A stretch of DNA of 64,000 nt, taken from IMG/VR virus record IMGVR_UViG_3300037808_001064; one strand, given 5' to 3'. Within the stretch, counting starts at the first letter, position 1. Each line of letters opens with the position of its first letter. Below are positions 37,533 through 46,960 of the stretch, piece after piece. The notes under the pieces are model-generated. The model searched no databases. It saw only the letters and a list, made by a program, of their open reading frames with translations, and was not told where the DNA came from. This DNA is from an uncultured virus (IMG/VR IMGVR_UViG_3300037808_001064) (taxonomy: Duplodnaviria > Heunggongvirae > Uroviricota > Caudoviricetes). Both the position numbers and the translations under genes were made by a program.

Positions 37533-37859
37533 TCACAACTTCACCGCCCAATAAGCAGCCTCAGCCTCAACGAACGGATTGGCACGACGCCAGTTCCCAA
37601 CATGCCCCAGCAACAAATGACAATTTATGCCGAACCGTTTCGCCTCGCACAACGGGAGCAAATTCGATACATCCAACTCCAAATCCGGGGCCAGATGAAA
37701 CGGAATAATGTGATGAGCCACCAACGACTTCCGACCACCACAAGACGCACACCGCTTCCCCTTCAGGAATTCATCACGCACCCGTCGCCACTTACCGGAA
37801 CGACGAGCCCCAGGAGGAGCCTTGCCAGATATTCGCTCTGTTAAATCACGCCAACGCAT
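37533..37859 (-). CDS. HNH endonuclease
   Basis: CASC...HHIIP...NLLPLC...CH. Confidence 0.85.
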   Translation of the reverse strand: MRWRDLTERISGKAPPGARRSGKWRRVRDEFLKGKRCASCGGRKSLVAHHIIPFHLAPDLELDVSNLLPLCEAKRFGINCHLLLGHVGNWRRANPFVEAEAAYWAVKL

Positions 37860-37865
37860 ATTGAC

Positions 37866-38213
37866 CTACACCAGGAAATCCAAAATCAAATCAATCGCCT
37901 GACACGTCGTGTCCCGCATCCCATCGAACTCGACCAGATTATTGCACTCAACCTGCTCGGTCTTCTCGCCACCACCCGTCCGAATCGAAAACGTGCAATC
38001 AGCGACCGCAACAACAGCCGCCAACGCTGACGCAACCATCTTCGCCTCGATCTCGCCAGGACAACCACACACGCTCTGAATGCCCCTCGGATGGTGAATC
38101 CGCACCACCCACTCGTCGCCAGCCTCATCGTGATGATACGACGTGACAATGCCATCCAGTGGGGACGCAGGAATGCCTTCAAACTCGCCACTTCCAAAGT
38201 TGTATTCGCTCAT
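37866..38213 (-). CDS. Hypothetical protein
   Basis: Coupled ORF with GAGG SD. Confidence 0.6.
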   Translation of the reverse strand: MSEYNFGSGEFEGIPASPLDGIVTSYHHDEAGDEWVVRIHHPRGIQSVCGCPGEIEAKMVASALAAVVAVADCTFSIRTGGGEKTEQVECNNLVEFDGMRDTTCQAIDLILDFLV

Positions 38214-38416
38214 ATCAATCCCTCGATTGGGTGGTGTTCTGTTACAGGCTGAGTCATCCCGACTCTGGCAATGACTTCAGCAGTCGTCTCCGGCCTCTGG
38301 TTTTCCCGCAGCCGTTCCAGTTCGTCCAACGCCGCGCCCAACGCTCTGCCGGTCGCCGTGTTTCGGATCGAATTCGCGTGACGCCTTCGCAGGTCTTCGA
38401 TGTCGATCTCACTCAT
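38210..38416 (-). CDS. Hypothetical protein
   Basis: AGGAG SD, coupled ORF. Confidence 0.6.
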   Translation of the reverse strand: MSEIDIEDLRRRHANSIRNTATGRALGAALDELERLRENQRPETTAEVIARVGMTQPVTEHHPIEGLI

Positions 38417-38425
38417 CGCCAGCTC

Positions 38426-38713
38426 CTAACCCGATCCATACATCTGTGCCCCCTCACCCGATAAGTCATCCCGCCCGCAGTCGACATCGGATGCCACGGC
38501 AAACTCAATACTCTCCGTCATCGCTGCCACCAGCTGGATCTCCTGCACATGCCGAGTCCAACGCGGTGAGGTCATGATGATCTCCATCTTCTTGCCAGCC
38601 ATCATCATGGTCTTGCCGTCCGGGTGAACGTACTGAACGTCCTCGTCCGGATCCAAGGCCATCAAATGACAGTACCGACGAGCCGCTGTCTCTAATTGGG
38701 CGTCATTCAGCAT
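38426..38713 (-). CDS. Hypothetical protein, 95 aa
   Basis: GGAGG SD before ATG 38713. Confidence 0.6.
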   Translation of the reverse strand: MLNDAQLETAARRYCHLMALDPDEDVQYVHPDGKTMMMAGKKMEIIMTSPRWTRHVQEIQLVAAMTESIEFAVASDVDCGRDDLSGEGAQMYGSG

Positions 38714-39031
38714 CAGGTTCCTCCACCTCAAACAAAAACCAACCGGCCACCGCCGTTTCAAAGGATATATTAGGGGGTCAAAATCTGGGGAGGGAGTGAA
38801 ATTGAGAAAATTCTATACCATTTGAGGTAAATAGGCACCCAGCGCTAATGGGTCCACGGGGTAGGCCCCTGGCCACGATGATTTCCGGTGGTTTCCGGTC
38901 TTCAGTCGTGGTTGACCAGCGTTTTCGCTGCTCAAAGGGCCGTCCCGTGGACTAGGTTACGTCGATTTGTCCCCAGGCCGTGTATCTCAGCCGGGTTTGG
39001 CGTCGTGCACCATGCATCTAACAGCGTTGTC

Positions 39032-39229
39032 TCAGCCTCTCTCAGCGTCTCTGTGCGTCTCGTGGGGGTCATCTGTCGCCCGATCCGATGTTGCGGTCGT
39101 CTCTGTTCGTCGTTTCCTCTCTGCTACGTATGCTGTTAAGGCTGGGTATGTGTGACGTGGTGGTGGGATGGTTGAGGCTGCTCTGCCACTGTTGCGCGCT
39201 GCGGTCAGGTGGTAGTCGGATAGGCTCAT
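39032..39229 (-). CDS. Small early protein
   Basis: CAGGAGACCAAGACC-ATG leader. Confidence 0.5.
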   Translation of the reverse strand: MSLSDYHLTAARNSGRAASTIPPPRHTYPALTAYVAERKRRTETTATSDRATDDPHETHRDAERG

Positions 39230-39265
39230 GGTCTTGGTCTCCTGATGGTTGGTGGAAGTGAAGTG

Positions 39266-39448
39266 TTAGCGGGGAAGCTGTTTGGCTGCACCCTGTGCGC
39301 GGTAGATGGCGTTGGCGGTGATATCCCACTGTTGCCAAGTGTCGGCATTGCCTGGTGAGCGGTTTGCGATGCGCAAAGCTGCTTCAAGGTGTTTTCGGAC
39401 ACGGTCTGCGGCTATTGCCGGAAGTAGTTCTGTGGCGTCGATTCTCAT
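39266..39448 (-). CDS. Small early protein, 60 aa
   Basis: CAGGAGACCGAGACC-ATG leader. Confidence 0.65.
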   Translation of the reverse strand: MRIDATELLPAIAADRVRKHLEAALRIANRSPGNADTWQQWDITANAIYRAQGAAKQLPR

Positions 39449-39494
39449 GGTCTCGGTCTCCTGTGGTTGGTGGTTGTCGTGAGTGGTGAATAAT

Positions 39495-39740
39495 TCAGGC
39501 AAGTGCTTTTTCTGCTTCAGCCCGGACTGCTGCGAGATTGCGGTCTGCGTCGCAAGCTGCTGCTGCTGCGAGTTCTCTTGCGAATACGATAGCGGTGCGC
39601 AGTTCTTCGCGGTATGCGGCAAGTTGGGTAATGGTCACCGACGTGGAGCCGGTCGCAGAATGAAGTACGATTCTGCCGGACGGTTCGGCGTGTGGTCTCG
39701 GCAAAATGCCTGGTCTGATTACTCCGGTTTGACGGGCCAT
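39495..39740 (-). CDS. Small early protein, 81 aa
   Basis: CAGGAGACCGAGACC-ATG leader. Confidence 0.65.
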   Translation of the reverse strand: MARQTGVIRPGILPRPHAEPSGRIVLHSATGSTSVTITQLAAYREELRTAIVFARELAAAAACDADRNLAAVRAEAEKALA

Positions 39741-39839
39741 GGTCTCGGTCTCCTGTGGTCAAGGTTTGGGAAGGGTTCACAGGTCCCGCCCAGCGGTGTT
39801 ATGCGCTGAGCGGGTGCTGAGAGTCCTCTGTGGTGATGT

Positions 39840-40424
39840 CTACGGCACCGCCTGAATTGGTGGTGGTGGTTGGTTGGTGTAGTGGTCTGCGAGTGCTTCA
39901 AGCTGTTTGGATACGTCGTATTCTGCGGTTCGGGTGTAGCCGTTTCCGTCGTGTTCTCCGGCGTTTACTTCTGATGCAATGGCAATGGCGGTGGCGGGTT
40001 GGGAAAGGATCCAGACAATCTGTCCGGGAGTGCACTTCTCACAGAAGCGTGGCGAGCCAGCCACAGTCATTGATCCGGCGGTGGCGGGGCGTGGTTCTCC
40101 TTTCGTGAATCCTTTCCCCGATTTTTTGTATAGGTCGGTATCGTTAAATCCTTTTGAGGCTTTGATGGGAAGTGCAGCATATGCTGCTGCTGCTGCTGCA
40201 AGTCGGGCGTCTTCCTCGACGACGTAAGCGGCGGTTTCTGCTTCAAGGTCCTGACGAGCTTTCACCCACTTGCAAACCAAGTTGAACGGGACGATGTTTT
40301 TTGCTGCTGCGATCGTGAAGGCGTCTGCTCCTGCTCCAATCAGGTGGTTGTACTGTTCCCGACTCCAATCCTTGTCAGTTGCTGTCGTGTCGATTGCTGC
40401 GGGTGCTGTTGTGTTCTTCGTCAT
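39840..40424 (-). CDS. Early protein, 194 aa
   Basis: GGAGACCGAGACC-ATG leader. Confidence 0.7.
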   Translation of the reverse strand: MTKNTTAPAAIDTTATDKDWSREQYNHLIGAGADAFTIAAAKNIVPFNLVCKWVKARQDLEAETAAYVVEEDARLAAAAAAYAALPIKASKGFNDTDLYKKSGKGFTKGEPRPATAGSMTVAGSPRFCEKCTPGQIVWILSQPATAIAIASEVNAGEHDGNGYTRTAEYDVSKQLEALADHYTNQPPPPIQAVP

Positions 40425-40527
40425 GGTCTCGGTCTCCGATGTGCCGATTGTTCGGCGGGTTTGGTTTGGCGGTCGTCCAGAATGGTTGGCCTGCCAGTCG
40501 TTTAAACGTTCCCTACGTATACGCGGT

Positions 40528-41079
40528 CTACGATGCTGTCTGTCGTTGTCTCCTCTCTTGGTTCAAGGTGATGTCAGTCCGGTACTGGAGCAACACTCTC
40601 AAGCTGTACGGGAACACTCTCCGGGATTCATCCGGGAGAAGTTTCCTCTGCGGTGGTCTCGACGTGATGTCGATGGTCCGTTGTCTGTCCAGCAATCTGC
40701 CGATGTGCAACGGAATGAGAAGCCACAACAACTCAACGGCTAGGATGTCCATTCTCCGAGAGCGTGTCTCATGTTCCGGTGGTATTGCTGCTTCGTCGAT
40801 GTCTTCTGGTAGTTCTCCGAGAGATATCGCACGGCTTAGGCTTCGGGATGCTGCTTTACGTTTCTGCTTCTCCATGATATGGCGAGCGGCGAACCAAGCT
40901 GTCTGCGATGGTGTGTAGCTGCTGCGCTTTCCTTCTGCTGCTTCGTCTACTGCTTTGCAGTAAATGTCACCGGGTGACAATTCACTGAGCGGGTATTTAG
41001 TGAGAACCTCCTGGGCTACTCTGACACAAGTCACGGCAAGCTGCCGTTCTCCTTCGATGCTGTTGTGTTCGTGTTCCAT
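40528..41079 (-). CDS. Hypothetical protein, 183 aa, weakly sigma-factor-like
   Basis: AAGGCAGACC-ATG leader; TAWFAARHIMEKQKRK resembles sigma region 2.3-2.4. Confidence 0.4.
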   Translation of the reverse strand: MEHEHNSIEGERQLAVTCVRVAQEVLTKYPLSELSPGDIYCKAVDEAAEGKRSSYTPSQTAWFAARHIMEKQKRKAASRSLSRAISLGELPEDIDEAAIPPEHETRSRRMDILAVELLWLLIPLHIGRLLDRQRTIDITSRPPQRKLLPDESRRVFPYSLRVLLQYRTDITLNQERRQRQTAS

Positions 41080-41348
41080 GGTCTGCCTTTCGTTCGTCTC
41101 TGTCTCTGTTCCATCGGCACCAAAGCGTAGGGGCTTGACGATCTGAACATCTGCTGAGATACAATTACGGCCTGGCTGAGATTCGCGGTATCGGTGGGGG
41201 CGTTTAAACCAGCAGAAAATGCTGCGTTTTTCGGCTGGCGGAAAATGCTGTGTTTTCTTTTCCGTTCCGGGGTGGGGTGGGGTTGGAGCACCGAGAAGGC
41301 GCGACAACATCACCGGCCACTCTTTGTAAAGCCGAAGGAGACCAACTG

Positions 41349-41798
41349 ATGGCTGTGCTGAGCAAACAGGGTGAGGAGATATGGCGTGTTGAGCTGATGA
41401 CTCAAACGCTGTCATATCGCACCAACGGTGTGGTGATGAGGAACCGCGGTGCTGGCTGGAAGATCGCCGGTAGGAAGGAACTGGGTGAGACCGACACCCA
41501 GTGGAGAGACAGGATTGAAAAGATCAGAAGGGGACATGTGAAGTATGCCAACAAGAGACCGTGGTTTGAGGCATTCAAGGTGAAGTTTCACAAGGCTGTG
41601 AAGCTGAGGAGCCGCGGGATGTTGTGGGCCGTGATCAATGGTGTTCCCGAGAGGGACTGTGATGCGTTGTTCGGGGAGCTGGATGATTATCTTCCGGGTG
41701 AGTTCAGTCATGAGGACTGTAGGGTGCTGATGGATGCGTACAACATGTTGGTCCTTGAGAGGAAGAAGAGAAAGGAGATGAGAGATGAGCAAGTTTGA
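41349..41798 (+). CDS. Early hypothetical protein, 149 aa
   Basis: GAAGGAGACC leader; first gene of the rightward cluster. Confidence 0.7.
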   Translation: MAVLSKQGEEIWRVELMTQTLSYRTNGVVMRNRGAGWKIAGRKELGETDTQWRDRIEKIRRGHVKYANKRPWFEAFKVKFHKAVKLRSRGMLWAVINGVPERDCDALFGELDDYLPGEFSHEDCRVLMDAYNMLVLERKKRKEMRDEQV

Positions 41799-42075
41799 AC
41801 CGAAGCCTGGGGACATCGTGAGACACACTGGTAAGTTTCTGAGATCGATCCAGTGGTGTCTTGATGTGCCAGTGAACGGGATGGTGCTGAAGATCAAAAG
41901 TAATGATCAGATCGCTGTTGTTCTGTGGTGCGATCAGGATGAGGAGATGAGCATCAACGTGGGGAACATCGAGATGTGTCCCACGAACAAGGGAGTGACT
42001 GATGAGTATCGTGAGATCCTGATGAAGACGTACGGTGCGGATGGTGTTGTTCCTTTTACTGATGAGGAGATGTGA
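41785..42075 (+). CDS. Early hypothetical protein (SH3/KOW-like start)
   Basis: KPGDIVRH motif, coupled ORF. Confidence 0.65.
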   Translation: MSKFEPKPGDIVRHTGKFLRSIQWCLDVPVNGMVLKIKSNDQIAVVLWCDQDEEMSINVGNIEMCPTNKGVTDEYREILMKTYGADGVVPFTDEEM

Positions 42076-42395
42076 TGAACCGTGTACTCAATGCGATGGA
42101 AGCCTCTGAGAGACGATTGAAAGAAGCAGTGGACAAGGGACAAGCGACCCAGGAGGAGATGGACAAGACCAGCAAGACATTTGACTTCAACCAGGAAGAC
42201 CTGACTATGTTCAAGATCAAAAACTCACAAGCCGCGGCCAATGGAGACCTGAACCACGAAGAGTCCATGACTGTTTACGCACTTCTCCAGGAAGGAACAA
42301 AAGGGCTCAATAAAAGAGGGCTGGGAACCAAGCTAACACTGACACAGTTGATGGTGAAGTTGATGAGTCCTAAAGGGAAAGAGGTGGCGAAATGA
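42075..42395 (+). CDS. Early hypothetical protein
   Basis: GAGGAG SD, coupled ORF. Confidence 0.65.
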   Translation: MNRVLNAMEASERRLKEAVDKGQATQEEMDKTSKTFDFNQEDLTMFKIKNSQAAANGDLNHEESMTVYALLQEGTKGLNKRGLGTKLTLTQLMVKLMSPKGKEVAK

Positions 42396-42640
42396 GCTTA
42401 CGAATGAGTGCTCACAAACCAGAGCTGGATGACTTGACACCAGCCGAGACACGAGTGGTGTGTGAACAGTTGCTCTACACGATGGACAGCGTTCAACGTG
42501 TGAGACTGAGAAGAATGTATCCTGGCTTGTATGCCAAGATCGAGCCGGTTCACGGCAAGCTGGACAGTGAGCAGGAACTGGGAAGTGAGCAGGCTGAGTA
42601 CGAAGTGAAGAAGCTGACTCAACAAGGAGAACTGGAATGA
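42392..42640 (+). CDS. Early hypothetical protein
   Basis: ATGA overlap with the previous gene. Confidence 0.6.
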   Translation: MSLRMSAHKPELDDLTPAETRVVCEQLLYTMDSVQRVRLRRMYPGLYAKIEPVHGKLDSEQELGSEQAEYEVKKLTQQGELE

Positions 42641-42978
42641 GTGATGTAAACAATCGACAGGAGCCGCACTGTGAAGATGGTCACCTGAACATCTTCACGA
42701 AGGACCAGGACTCGTATGTCACTGGGTTTGGCAAGCACGAGAGAGTGGTGTGCTTCTTCAGCTGTACTGGTGACGAACCGTATGCTCGGGTTGACTTCTG
42801 TCATGCACTGAGGTCACCGAGTGATGCTGAGATCGTTGAGGTGTTGAAGAAAGACACGGAGGACATGGGAGGAAACTGGACTCCCACAAAGTGGGGGAAA
42901 GGGTGGAAGGTGAAGCTGAGGATCCCATGGAGAACTCCCTATGAACGGGAGGACGTGTACTTCGAGAGAGTGAAGTAG
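42637..42978 (+). CDS. Early hypothetical protein
   Basis: AAGGAG SD, ATGA overlap. Confidence 0.65.
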   Translation: MSDVNNRQEPHCEDGHLNIFTKDQDSYVTGFGKHERVVCFFSCTGDEPYARVDFCHALRSPSDAEIVEVLKKDTEDMGGNWTPTKWGKGWKVKLRIPWRTPYEREDVYFERVK

Positions 42979-42997
42979 GAGACGAGACAGCCCCATC

Positions 42998-43025
42998 GAG
43001 TGCCCTGTAAGGAGACAGGGCACTC
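42998..43025 (+). promoter_or_regulatory. Intergenic hairpin with AAGGAG loop (copy 1)
   Basis: GAGTGCCCTGT-AAGGAG-ACAGGGCACTC. Confidence 0.6.
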
Positions 43026-43065
43026 ATTGAGTATGTTTTGTGAAACCTTTGAAGGAGACCGAGTG

Positions 43066-43500
43066 ATGAAGACGAAAAGTGCAAGCGAAGTAGTGACGGC
43101 CGCGAGAGAGTTGGCCAGTAAGTTCCCGAAGGCTGTTTACGAGAGGAGCCCGCCGACTGGTTGCGGCAACACAACTGGAAGAGTCATCGTGGATGGTGAG
43201 ACGGTGATGACGGGCTGCATCGTGGGATGTGCTATCAAGCAGTGTGAGCCACATGTTGACGGTGAGAATGGTGCTTATCAATGGATGAAGGAGCATGAGC
43301 ACAGTACTGCCGGTGATGTGCTGAAAGGCCTGAAGATAGATACGATCGAGGATGAAGACCTGCTCTGGCTGTGCGAGGTACAAGAGGGACAAGATGGTGG
43401 GCTCTGTTGGATGGCGGCTGCCGAGAAAGCTGATGCCAGTATTGTTGAGTTCAAGAAGTTGGACGAGTACGACCGACAGGAGATCCTGAACCACCTGTAA
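43066..43500 (+). CDS. Early hypothetical protein, 144 aa
   Basis: GAAGGAGACC leader; GCIVG...QEGQDGG..W motif. Confidence 0.7.
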   Translation: MKTKSASEVVTAARELASKFPKAVYERSPPTGCGNTTGRVIVDGETVMTGCIVGCAIKQCEPHVDGENGAYQWMKEHEHSTAGDVLKGLKIDTIEDEDLLWLCEVQEGQDGGLCWMAAAEKADASIVEFKKLDEYDRQEILNHL

Positions 43501-43579
43501 ACGAGTGAAATCGCCAGATCAAGCTCCTGCTGAGGACAGGGGTTTGTTCAAGCAATTCCGCTTGAAGGAGACCAACGAC

Positions 43580-43969
43580 ATGTGTGTTCCTGTTAAGGAA
43601 ATGCCGATCGGAACGGTGCTGGGGCCTGACCCCGATGCTGAGCCAGGGCATATCAAGTTCATCGTGAAGGGGCTGTATGGGTGGCATACGGTCACCAGAG
43701 CCGCTGATGACGCCGAGGAGGCGTCCACTGAGGCCCATGAGGTTTCGTATGAAGTGTGCTGCCATACGCCACTGAGTGAGATGCTGGGAGCCCTGGGGTT
43801 TACGTTTGAGAAGGCTGCTAAGGAGAGATTCGCAGACAACAGGGGTCGGAAGGACATTAAGAAGGACGGTAAGACGGTTTTCACTGGGGACAGTGGAGAT
43901 GTCTGGATGTGGCTCAGGGATGAGGGATTGCTGATCAATCGGTTTTACAGAGGGGAGAGAGCCAAATGA
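43580..43969 (+). CDS. Early hypothetical protein, 129 aa
   Basis: GAAGGAGACC leader. Confidence 0.65.
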   Translation: MCVPVKEMPIGTVLGPDPDAEPGHIKFIVKGLYGWHTVTRAADDAEEASTEAHEVSYEVCCHTPLSEMLGALGFTFEKAAKERFADNRGRKDIKKDGKTVFTGDSGDVWMWLRDEGLLINRFYRGERAK

Positions 43970-44367
43970 AAGTGTTTCTGTGTGAAGACGGCTACCTGAT
44001 GCACTACATCGACGGAGTGTGGACTGACGGTGACCTGATCTACCATGACCTGAACGGAAACCCGATTGGATACATGGGACAGGCCGTTGAAGGCACTCAC
44101 ATGAATGTGGTTGTCATGGATGGCTTCAAGAATGAGTGGGGATCTCGGTTTAACAGCTGCATGAACCACGGAGTGAGCATCGAGTTCCACTGTCCCGATG
44201 GGACGTGGCATCCTATGGCGTTCGCTAAGGACTTGAGACATGCTGTCGTTCCTGCTGAGCTGATCATGAAGCAGCAGGGAAGAGAGCATCAAACAGAGAA
44301 GTATCGGCTGCTGTGTTGTGGGTGTGAAGGAGTTGTTGAGGCTCCTGAGTTAGAGGAGAGCTGCTGA
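43966..44367 (+). CDS. Early hypothetical protein
   Basis: ATGA overlap, GGAG SD. Confidence 0.65.
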   Translation: MKVFLCEDGYLMHYIDGVWTDGDLIYHDLNGNPIGYMGQAVEGTHMNVVVMDGFKNEWGSRFNSCMNHGVSIEFHCPDGTWHPMAFAKDLRHAVVPAELIMKQQGREHQTEKYRLLCCGCEGVVEAPELEESC

Positions 44368-44419
44368 TGAGCAACATCATCGACATGGACAATGTTATTG
44401 ACATGAGAGGAGAAGACTG

Positions 44420-44656
44420 ATGCTGATTCAGAACGTAGAGATTGACATTGATCAGAGTGTGCCATGTCCGCACTGTGGTGATTCGCTGGTGCTTGATTTG
44501 CCAGTATCCGTCACAACGGGCTACACATACGAAGTGAGTTACGACCATGTTGACTTCGGTGCTGCCCAAGACATTAAACGATGGTCGTGTTGTGAGTGTG
44601 GCGAGTTCGATGGGTTCCCTGAAGATTACAACCAAGAGGAAAGGCTGAAAGCATGA
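44420..44656 (+). CDS. Small zinc-ribbon protein
   Basis: CPHC...CCEC. Confidence 0.6.
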   Translation: MLIQNVEIDIDQSVPCPHCGDSLVLDLPVSVTTGYTYEVSYDHVDFGAAQDIKRWSCCECGEFDGFPEDYNQEERLKA

Positions 44657-45018
44657 TTCTATTTGGAGGTGAGTGGCGAACCTTTGAAGGCCACCAACAG
44701 GAACTTCACAACAACAAGTGGAGGTACTCAAGTCAAGAATGGGACGCGGCTGTTGATGGACTGAGAGATGCTCAGTCTAAGGTGCTGGATGACATCGCCA
44801 ACAGAGAGTCGGTGAGAGCCGCTACTGAGGCACAGGACACCGAGGACAGACAGATTGTTCTGGCAGCGTTGATGTGGTTTCAGGAGTGTCTGAAGAGTGG
44901 GGTGGGCTATGACATGAGCCACCTGAACGAGACGCTGGAAGATGTGGGACTAGATGTCGACACCGTTACTGATGATCATATTGATGGGATCATCGAGAAC
45001 ATCACTTTTGGGAGCTGA
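44653..45018 (+). CDS. Early hypothetical acidic protein
   Basis: Coupled ORF. Confidence 0.6.
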   Translation: MILFGGEWRTFEGHQQELHNNKWRYSSQEWDAAVDGLRDAQSKVLDDIANRESVRAATEAQDTEDRQIVLAALMWFQECLKSGVGYDMSHLNETLEDVGLDVDTVTDDHIDGIIENITFGS

Positions 45019-45524
45019 TGATTATGGGAATGTTTGGTTGGAGTTATCCGCCAGGTGCTGAGAATGACCCCTCAGCGCCGTACAACCAGGACGATGAGGG
45101 TGATTGTGAGGATGGTGAAGACCTGATTCACAACATCAGGGATCTCGCCATCCAGTGCTATGGACACGTTGCTGACGTTACGTCGGAACGTGCTAAGGCC
45201 GCTGTCGAGAAGGGCGTCTACAAATACACCAGCTGTGGGTGTACGTTCAACGACTACGGCACTCACGTATTGGTAGGCGGCTACTGCGAAGGCAGTGATG
45301 CTGATATTGCTCCCCACAGCCTTGAATACCCGTTTAGCAGCAAGGCATTCTTCGAGGCACTTGATGCTGCTGATGCGGCTGGATGCGAGGAATGGAATCG
45401 AACTCACGGCTGTGAGAAGTGCTGGCCTGAAGGCTACTGCGGTGAATGGGAGATGTTGGAATTTGGCAATTGGCCGATCAACCCTGACTGCACTGAGTGC
45501 GGTGGGGACGGTGTGATTCTTTAA
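45018..45524 (+). CDS. Early hypothetical protein with a C-terminal Cys cluster
   Basis: FGWSYPPGA start; CEKC...CTECGG. Confidence 0.65.
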   Translation: MIMGMFGWSYPPGAENDPSAPYNQDDEGDCEDGEDLIHNIRDLAIQCYGHVADVTSERAKAAVEKGVYKYTSCGCTFNDYGTHVLVGGYCEGSDADIAPHSLEYPFSSKAFFEALDAADAAGCEEWNRTHGCEKCWPEGYCGEWEMLEFGNWPINPDCTECGGDGVIL

Positions 45525-45645
45525 CGAAGGAACGACATGATGAAACGCAAGGATGCGATGAAGCTGAGATTACTTTTTGTTTTGCTCTATGCACTGCTGA
45601 CCGTGTGTGTCGGTTGTGGGTGGAGCGCTGAGTGGAGATGGATTG

Positions 45646-46077
45646 ATGCCAAAATACCAAGAGCCGGATACAGTGACCGACGAAGCGTTGATAGCGTTTG
45701 CAAGGATGACGCTACTGAGGCTAACAGCAGATAAGGACTGGGATGAAGCAGGTACGGCTGACGCCATTGCTCAGCTCGCCTCAGAGAGAGGACTGTCCAA
45801 CCTGGACAATGGAGGCATGTTCGAGGCACTGACGGTTGAAGCTCAGGACCAGTTGGAACAAGAGAAGCTGGAAGACTTCCGAGATGCGTATGCCAGAGCA
45901 TTGGAACAGCCACGAAGTGACACTGTTGCTCCAATCTGTGTGCTTGACTTTCCCGGCAAACCTTACTGGAAGATCGGAATATGGAATGAGGGGATCGACG
46001 CCATGGTGGTGATTGATACCCAACGAGTCGTTCCGAGACTGGTAACCCCAGGCAGTGCAGTGGAACTCTTTTGCTAG
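45646..46077 (+). CDS. Early hypothetical protein, 143 aa
   Basis: GGAG SD before ATG 45646. Confidence 0.55.
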   Translation: MPKYQEPDTVTDEALIAFARMTLLRLTADKDWDEAGTADAIAQLASERGLSNLDNGGMFEALTVEAQDQLEQEKLEDFRDAYARALEQPRSDTVAPICVLDFPGKPYWKIGIWNEGIDAMVVIDTQRVVPRLVTPGSAVELFC

Positions 46078-46092
46078 ATAGTCACCTCCATC

Positions 46093-46120
46093 GATTGCCC
46101 TGTAAGGAGGCGGGGCAATC
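46093..46120 (+). promoter_or_regulatory. Intergenic hairpin with AAGGAG loop (copy 2)
   Basis: GATTGCCCTGT-AAGGAG-GCGGGGCAATC, covarying with copy 1. Confidence 0.6.
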
Positions 46121-46156
46121 ATTGGTGTTGATTTCTAACTTTCAATGGAGACTGAT

Positions 46157-46366
46157 ATGGCTCGATGTGAAGACTACCCGTGCTGCGGTCATGAGGCTGG
46201 GTGTTGCCCGGACTTCGACGATGAAGGCAAGCAACTGAACATGAAGTGTGTTTGCGGAGCGACAGTGCCGGTTGACAACGGATCGTCACTGTGTGACGGC
46301 TGCCTTAGAAGGCCAATGGACGGCGACAGCGACTACGACGATCGTGACTATGACAGAGAGTGGTAG
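46157..46366 (+). CDS. Small Cys-rich protein
   Basis: CEDYPCCGH...CC...CVCG...CDGC; GGAGAC leader. Confidence 0.65.
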   Translation: MARCEDYPCCGHEAGCCPDFDDEGKQLNMKCVCGATVPVDNGSSLCDGCLRRPMDGDSDYDDRDYDREW

Positions 46367-46405
46367 TAGTTTGTGTTGATTTATGAAACCCAGAGGAGAC
46401 CAAAG

Positions 46406-46666
46406 ATGAAACTGCGTGACGAACTGAAAAAGAGGTTCGGCGTTGAGGATGACAGCATGTCCAGTCACGAGACTGACCTGTACATCCTGACGAAGAGCCC
46501 TGAACAGGCCGAGAAGGTCACAGGCTACCTGAAGGCCCTGGGCTTTGTCTGGCACTGGTCTGTCAGCGATGTGAAGGGCCAGCCGTGGTATGGCCACATG
46601 TTCATTGAAGTGCCACTGGCACTGATCAGTGAACGGATCGAGAGAACCAGAAAGGCGGTGTCATGA
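46406..46666 (+). CDS. Early hypothetical protein
   Basis: GAGGAGACC leader; HETDLY motif. Confidence 0.65.
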   Translation: MKLRDELKKRFGVEDDSMSSHETDLYILTKSPEQAEKVTGYLKALGFVWHWSVSDVKGQPWYGHMFIEVPLALISERIERTRKAVS

Positions 46667-46884
46667 AAGTACTCGACTACACAGTGAGGTTCACTCGAAG
46701 GAGCTATGGAGGCGGTGTCTGGTTCTGTTGGGCCGAAGTCGAGATGGACGGAGAGTGGTTTGAACTAGGTGACCCTTGGCCGGCAAGGAGCTGGCCGCGA
46801 GAGGATCTGGAGAGAGCCATCAGGTATCTCGAAGACCTGCACAAGGCACCCAACATGTATGAGATGTACCCATTCTCACCGTGA
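46663..46884 (+). CDS. Early hypothetical protein
   Basis: ATGA overlap. Confidence 0.6.
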   Translation: MKVLDYTVRFTRRSYGGGVWFCWAEVEMDGEWFELGDPWPARSWPREDLERAIRYLEDLHKAPNMYEMYPFSP

Positions 46885-46960
46885 GTACTGTGACGTTTGA
46901 TAAGTTAGTGGCGGTCGTCGATTTTGGCGATCGCCGCTTCAACCCTGAAGGAGACCAAGA

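Larger units (their letters stand above)
37104..37560. repeat. 30-bp direct repeats (37104-37133 and 37531-37560, one mismatch) flanking an ORF plus a tRNA-like RNA
   Basis: CCTCACAACTTCA(T/C)CGCCCAATAAGCAGCC occurs twice. Confidence 0.9.

Noticed and set aside
38760..39030. Possible genome terminus or pac/att site at the composition change
   Set aside because: No terminal repeat or att core recognisable; cannot be supported without read data
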